Assembly: GCA_048881705.1 (NCBI GenBank)
Contig: JBHLSH010000098.1
Span: 1-10,910, forward strand
DNA: 10,910 nt
Reading direction: 5' to 3'
Source: Candidatus Heimdallarchaeota archaeon
GTDB lineage: Archaea > Asgardarchaeota > Heimdallarchaeia > Hodarchaeales > Hodarchaeaceae
The notes under the pieces are model-generated. The model had not been told where the DNA came from and did no database searches. It saw nothing but the letters and a program-made list of their open reading frames with translations. This document shows positions 7,573-10,910 of the stretch, piece after piece (position 1 is the stretch's first letter; every line of letters starts with the position of its first letter). The position numbers and the translations under genes are program-made.

Positions 7573-7705
7573 TGGATCGATTCAGTTTTCTTTTTTCTAT
7601 CTTTCAAAATAGGAGGAGAACTAATTCGGTGGAAGGTCATGCGAAAAAATGAAGCGCGAAGAGGAAAAATTGTAATATTTCGTGAATTCCAGTATGACGG
7701 GGCCC

Positions 7706-8422
7706 TCAAGGAGCCGTTTTTTCCGTTCTTGATTCGATAAATCCAAATATGATTACGACGAGGATCGAGAGTGCCAAGTATAGCACAGCAGAGAACTCCG
7801 TAGAATCATTAAAAACGAACAATGCGCTTTGAAAATTAAATAGGAAATGGAAAGGGATCAGCAATAGATTCATGCCAGATACATATCTGACTACAGCAAA
7901 ACTTAATCCTGTGAAAATCATGATTAGGACAACGAAGATTCCCATTCTGATATGAAAAACTCCGAATATCACACTTGAACCGATTAAAGCGGCGTATTTT
8001 GACCGAGATTCAAGGAGATGATATACAACTCCCCTGAAGTATAATTCCTCGGTGATAGCAACCAGAATATAAAAGAAGAAATAGTATACCATGGTAAACG
8101 AAATCTCATTTATAGCTTCCACCCCTTCTACAAGGTATTTAACAAGAAGGACAATGATCAGGAGGGAAAAAACCGACAGTAAATGCAACGAAAACCGTGA
8201 TTTTTTGTAGGCTAGTCCTAGATCTTCTTGATTTAAATTCAGGTACCAGATTAAAATCAATGTGGCGACAAGCTGACCAGTAGTTAGAAAAAAACCGGAA
8301 TACAGACTCTCGATGCTTAGAACTGTAACTGCGACCAAAGCTATTATCATACATAGAACAGCCAGCGACAAAGCCAGGATTAGCTGATTATTCTGAGTCC
8401 TTAGATCTACCAGATGTATCAA
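7706..8422 (-). CDS. CPBP family intramembrane glutamic endopeptidase (CAAX protease II/Abi)
   Basis: Polytopic membrane protein with TEELYFRG (EExxxR), IFGVFH (FxxxH) and FHFLFN (HxxxN). TTG start. Confidence 0.92.
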   Translation of the reverse strand: MIHLVDLRTQNNQLILALSLAVLCMIIALVAVTVLSIESLYSGFFLTTGQLVATLILIWYLNLNQEDLGLAYKKSRFSLHLLSVFSLLIIVLLVKYLVEGVEAINEISFTMVYYFFFYILVAITEELYFRGVVYHLLESRSKYAALIGSSVIFGVFHIRMGIFVVLIMIFTGLSFAVVRYVSGMNLLLIPFHFLFNFQSALFVFNDSTEFSAVLYLALSILVVIIFGFIESRTEKTAP

Positions 8423-8458
8423 TTCCTTAATTGGTAGATTTATGAGCCAGATATTACA

Positions 8459-8470
8459 AGTTTATAAACT
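8459..8470 (-). promoter_or_regulatory. Palindromic TATA-like box (AGTTTATAAACT), likely promoter of the minus-strand CPBP gene
   Basis: Perfect 12-bp palindrome containing TTTATAAA about 40 nt upstream of the TTG at 8422. Confidence 0.5.
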
Positions 8471-8538
8471 ATTCCGAGGTTCTATCTGAAATTACAAGAT
8501 CTATATCTTGTTACCGCGCCATTACCCGTATGAATAAC

Positions 8539-8589
8539 TATAAATATTTCATATGGAATATTCCATACGGAATATTTTATCCGGAATGT
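8539..8589 (+). promoter_or_regulatory. PadR promoter/operator: TATAAATA (8539-8546) overlapped by a 36-bp palindrome (8542-8577) made of 14-bp tandem units
   Basis: AAATATTTCATATGGAATATTCCATACGGAATATTT has 16 of 18 pairs complementary and a perfect core TATGGAATATTCCATA (8552-8567). AATATT recurs at 8543, 8557 and 8571. The operator role is inferred from PadR-family autoregulation. Confidence 0.75.
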
Positions 8590-8599
8590 GCAATCAAAC

Positions 8600-9274
8600 A
8601 TGTCAAAAATGAACCACAGAGAAGAGGACTTGGATTATGCAATCTTAGGATTACTGAATCATGAAAATATGACCGGATACAACTTAAAAAAATTTCTAGG
8701 CGTTCAATTAGGGTTTTTTTGGGATAAATCGAGTTATGGAAAAATCTATCGTGTACTCGAGCGATTAGAACGTCAAGAACTAATCAAAGGAACACCAGTT
8801 GAAAGTGAAAAGAAAAAAAGAACGATTGTAACTCTCTATGAGATTACAGAACCTGGGCGGCGTAGATTGTCTGAATGGGTACAAGTTCCAATAGAACAAG
8901 AGATTTCACTGGATCATTACACAATTGGTGGACCCAATGGTAGTAATATTAGGTTTAAGGGCGGAAATTTGCTAAAATATTTGTCTTACTTCTTGTTAAA
9001 GTTCTATTTCGGTGCAAATACAACGGTCGATACAAACCTACGACAACTTGCCAATTTTGAGGAAAAATTCGTGGATCGGTTAAAACAGGTCCTGGAAGTC
9101 GTTGTTCACCAATTAGAACAATTATCCACCAGTTCTCAGGAAAAAAACGATCATCTATACTATCTTTTGACAGCGAAATTTGGTTTACAAATGTGTAAGG
9201 CCTTTTCTGAATGGAAACTGTCTACCCAACAGCAACTAATAGATATTCAAAAACGAGGTACTCAAAATGAATGA
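8600..9274 (+). CDS. PadR family transcriptional regulator (long AphA-like subfamily with C-terminal helical domain)
   Basis: YAILGLL...MTGYNLKK...FFW..SYGKIYRVLERLE...LI...YEITEPGRRRLSEW, then FLLKFYFG and C-terminal YYLLTAKFGL...FSEW. Start is GTG 8588, ATG 8600 or ATG 8609. Confidence 0.93.
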   Translation: MSKMNHREEDLDYAILGLLNHENMTGYNLKKFLGVQLGFFWDKSSYGKIYRVLERLERQELIKGTPVESEKKKRTIVTLYEITEPGRRRLSEWVQVPIEQEISLDHYTIGGPNGSNIRFKGGNLLKYLSYFLLKFYFGANTTVDTNLRQLANFEEKFVDRLKQVLEVVVHQLEQLSTSSQEKNDHLYYLLTAKFGLQMCKAFSEWKLSTQQQLIDIQKRGTQNE

Positions 9275-9659
9275 AAATCAGGATTTTTTCAGTTTTTTGG
9301 ATAATGAAAAATTCATCAGCTTGACCACGTACTATAAAAGCGGTCGAGGTGTTGCTACTCCTGTGGAGTTCGTAACAGGAGGCGATAAATTATTCGTAAG
9401 TACTAGAAAGGACTCATATAAGGTTAAAAGAATTAGAAATGAAAATAAAGCGGAAATTGCACCTTGTACCATGAGAGGGAAGGAAAAAGAGCCCAAAAAA
9501 TCAGTCTTTGTAAGAGTTTTATCCGGGGGAGAAGACAAAGAGGCAAAGACGGCTTTCAAAGAGAAATACTCAGGCTTTTTTTACAAATTGATTGGCAAGC
9601 TGACCTTTTGGAGACAAAAAGAAGAACGTGTGTACCTAGAGATTATTCCAAGGCAGTAA
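9267..9659 (+). CDS. PPOX-class putative F420-dependent oxidoreductase (Rv2061-like split beta-barrel)
   Basis: FISLTTYYKSGRGVATPV...ST.K.S.KVKRIRN....EIAPCTMRG...A...KY. Overlaps the PadR stop by 8 bp (ATGAATGA), suggesting translational coupling. Confidence 0.88.
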   Translation: MNENQDFFSFLDNEKFISLTTYYKSGRGVATPVEFVTGGDKLFVSTRKDSYKVKRIRNENKAEIAPCTMRGKEKEPKKSVFVRVLSGGEDKEAKTAFKEKYSGFFYKLIGKLTFWRQKEERVYLEIIPRQ

Positions 9660-9674
9660 GGAAATCTGATCGCA

Positions 9675-10520
9675 GTGACCATAGATAAACCTGATTTTAT
9701 GAATAAATATGATATTATCTTATTCTTCTTTCTGGCCTATTCCATAACGTGGATAACCCTTGGACCATTGGCCCTCAGGGGATTAGGCATAATATCTTTC
9801 GAAAGTCCGTTCTGGTTACATGATTTAGGCCCACTCGGCCCGACAGTAGCAGCTATCGTAGTTTTGTTATTGGTTTCTAATGAAAATGCATTGAATGATC
9901 TCTATGATCGTATTACAATGTGGAACGTTTCAAAGGTATGGTGGTTGGTCGCATTTTCCCCAATTTTCATTTTCATTGGAGCTTTTCTCTTAATGCTGCT
10001 GATGGGGTACCAAGCGCCTCCCATTAGTCACATACTAGACTCAGAACTGATAAGGGGGAATAATTACGTAATAACAATCATTTTTCCAGCTCTGATGTTT
10101 GGAATTTTCGAAGAAATTGGCTGGAGAGGTTATGCGCTCCCGAGGTTACAAAGGAAATTTAACGCCCTGACTTCTACACTAATCTTAGGAGTATTATGGG
10201 CAGGATGGCATATTCCTGCGTTATTTTACCGCTATTCCTTTTCAGATCCCTATAAAATTTTTGGATTTTGGCTCGGTATTCTAATGGGAGCTGTCTTGTT
10301 AACGTTTCTTTATAATGGATCAAGAGGTAGTGTCCTGCTACCTATGGTTTGGCATGTTTTATTTGACATTTTCAATATGCTGGGTCAATACTTCTTCGAG
10401 GAAGTCAACTACGTCCAAAGTTTTATTGTAATATCTTTTGCTGTCATAATCATAATCGTATGGAAGACGGAGGCTCTTTCTCCAAGTGGAAAGCATTCAC
10501 TAGCTATTTCGCAGGGATAA
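9675..10520 (+). CDS. CPBP family intramembrane glutamic endopeptidase (second copy, EEIGWRG subtype)
   Basis: FLAYSITW, GPLGPTVAA, FEEIGWRGYALPRLQ, LWAGWHIP and MVWHVLFD motifs in a polytopic protein. Starts 15 bp after the PPOX gene. Confidence 0.92.
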   Translation: MTIDKPDFMNKYDIILFFFLAYSITWITLGPLALRGLGIISFESPFWLHDLGPLGPTVAAIVVLLLVSNENALNDLYDRITMWNVSKVWWLVAFSPIFIFIGAFLLMLLMGYQAPPISHILDSELIRGNNYVITIIFPALMFGIFEEIGWRGYALPRLQRKFNALTSTLILGVLWAGWHIPALFYRYSFSDPYKIFGFWLGILMGAVLLTFLYNGSRGSVLLPMVWHVLFDIFNMLGQYFFEEVNYVQSFIVISFAVIIIIVWKTEALSPSGKHSLAISQG

Positions 10521-10641
10521 TCCCATGAATTGACCGTTACGCACAATTAGCATATGACCAAAATTTTGAAAATCATGGAATTTTTTCTGAAACGGTCAAA
10601 GTAGGTTTTAATACGGTAGTTCATCATTTCTTCTTGCGAAT

Positions 10642-10875
10642 ATGGCTGACAATCATCATATTGATATCACAATTTTCAAGGTAGAGAATGAAGTGCCATT
10701 CAAACTGGAGATGAGTGAAACAAGTTGTTCATTAACTGCCGACTTGGGTAAACTGGAACTTGTATCTTTTACGGAGGACCTCCTTACCTTTAGGTTTGTA
10801 AATGGACAACTATGTATCGATATGACACTTGAAGACATCAAACAGCATATTAGCGAAAAAACGAAAAAGGAATAA
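10642..10875 (+). CDS. Small hypothetical protein (77 aa)
   Basis: ATG-TAA ORF with alternating beta-strand patterns (LGKLELVSFTEDLLTFRFVNGQLCIDMT) and a TATA-like TTTTAATA at 10606-10613. Confidence 0.6.
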   Translation: MADNHHIDITIFKVENEVPFKLEMSETSCSLTADLGKLELVSFTEDLLTFRFVNGQLCIDMTLEDIKQHISEKTKKE

Positions 10876-10910
10876 CAGAAAATGGAATTGAATTGGAATC
10901 TTCTCTTTGT

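Noticed and set aside
7406-7740. Plus-strand ORFs 7406-7612 and 7450-7740
   Set aside because: They overlap the 171-aa ORF and the CPBP end in antisense and look low-complexity; the minus-strand 171-aa ORF tiles the gap better.
10530-10599. 9-bp inverted repeat TTGACCGTT / AACGGTCAA, 52 nt apart
   Set aside because: A few isolated 9-bp inverted repeats at this spacing are expected by chance in 11 kb. There is no inner pairing or target-site duplication to support a MITE.
8139-10841. ORFs 8139-8354, 9332-9559, 9464-9688 and 10656-10841
   Set aside because: They are shadows of the CPBP, PPOX and 77-aa genes.
1-10910. CRISPR array, tRNA/rRNA, transposase
   Set aside because: There are no regularly spaced repeats with unique spacers, no cloverleaf or rRNA signatures, and no DDE/HUH/integrase motifs in any ORF.

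Overview
Gene-dense archaeal window, probably Asgard (Heimdallarchaeia-like). The lineage is inferred from a longin-type ORF, C-terminally anchored surface proteins, TATA/GAGGTGA signals and an F420-type oxidoreductase, and was not checked by any search. Gene order: 3' end of a membrane-anchored protein with an FG-GAP/VCBS-like last repeat; a secreted 7-blade beta-propeller + FN3 + TM surface protein; a VOC/glyoxalase protein; a DinB/DfsB-like bundle; an apparently 3'-truncated longin-like gene colliding with a TPR-like remnant; two divergent amidohydrolases (one with C-terminal TPRs) around a structured spacer; a 171-aa unassigned protein; a divergent CPBP <- | -> PadR-PPOX(F420)-CPBP module; and a 77-aa hypothetical. 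The strongest non-coding signal is a 36-bp near-perfect palindrome built from 14-bp tandem units that overlaps the PadR TATA box. No rRNA, tRNA, CRISPR array or transposase is evident.
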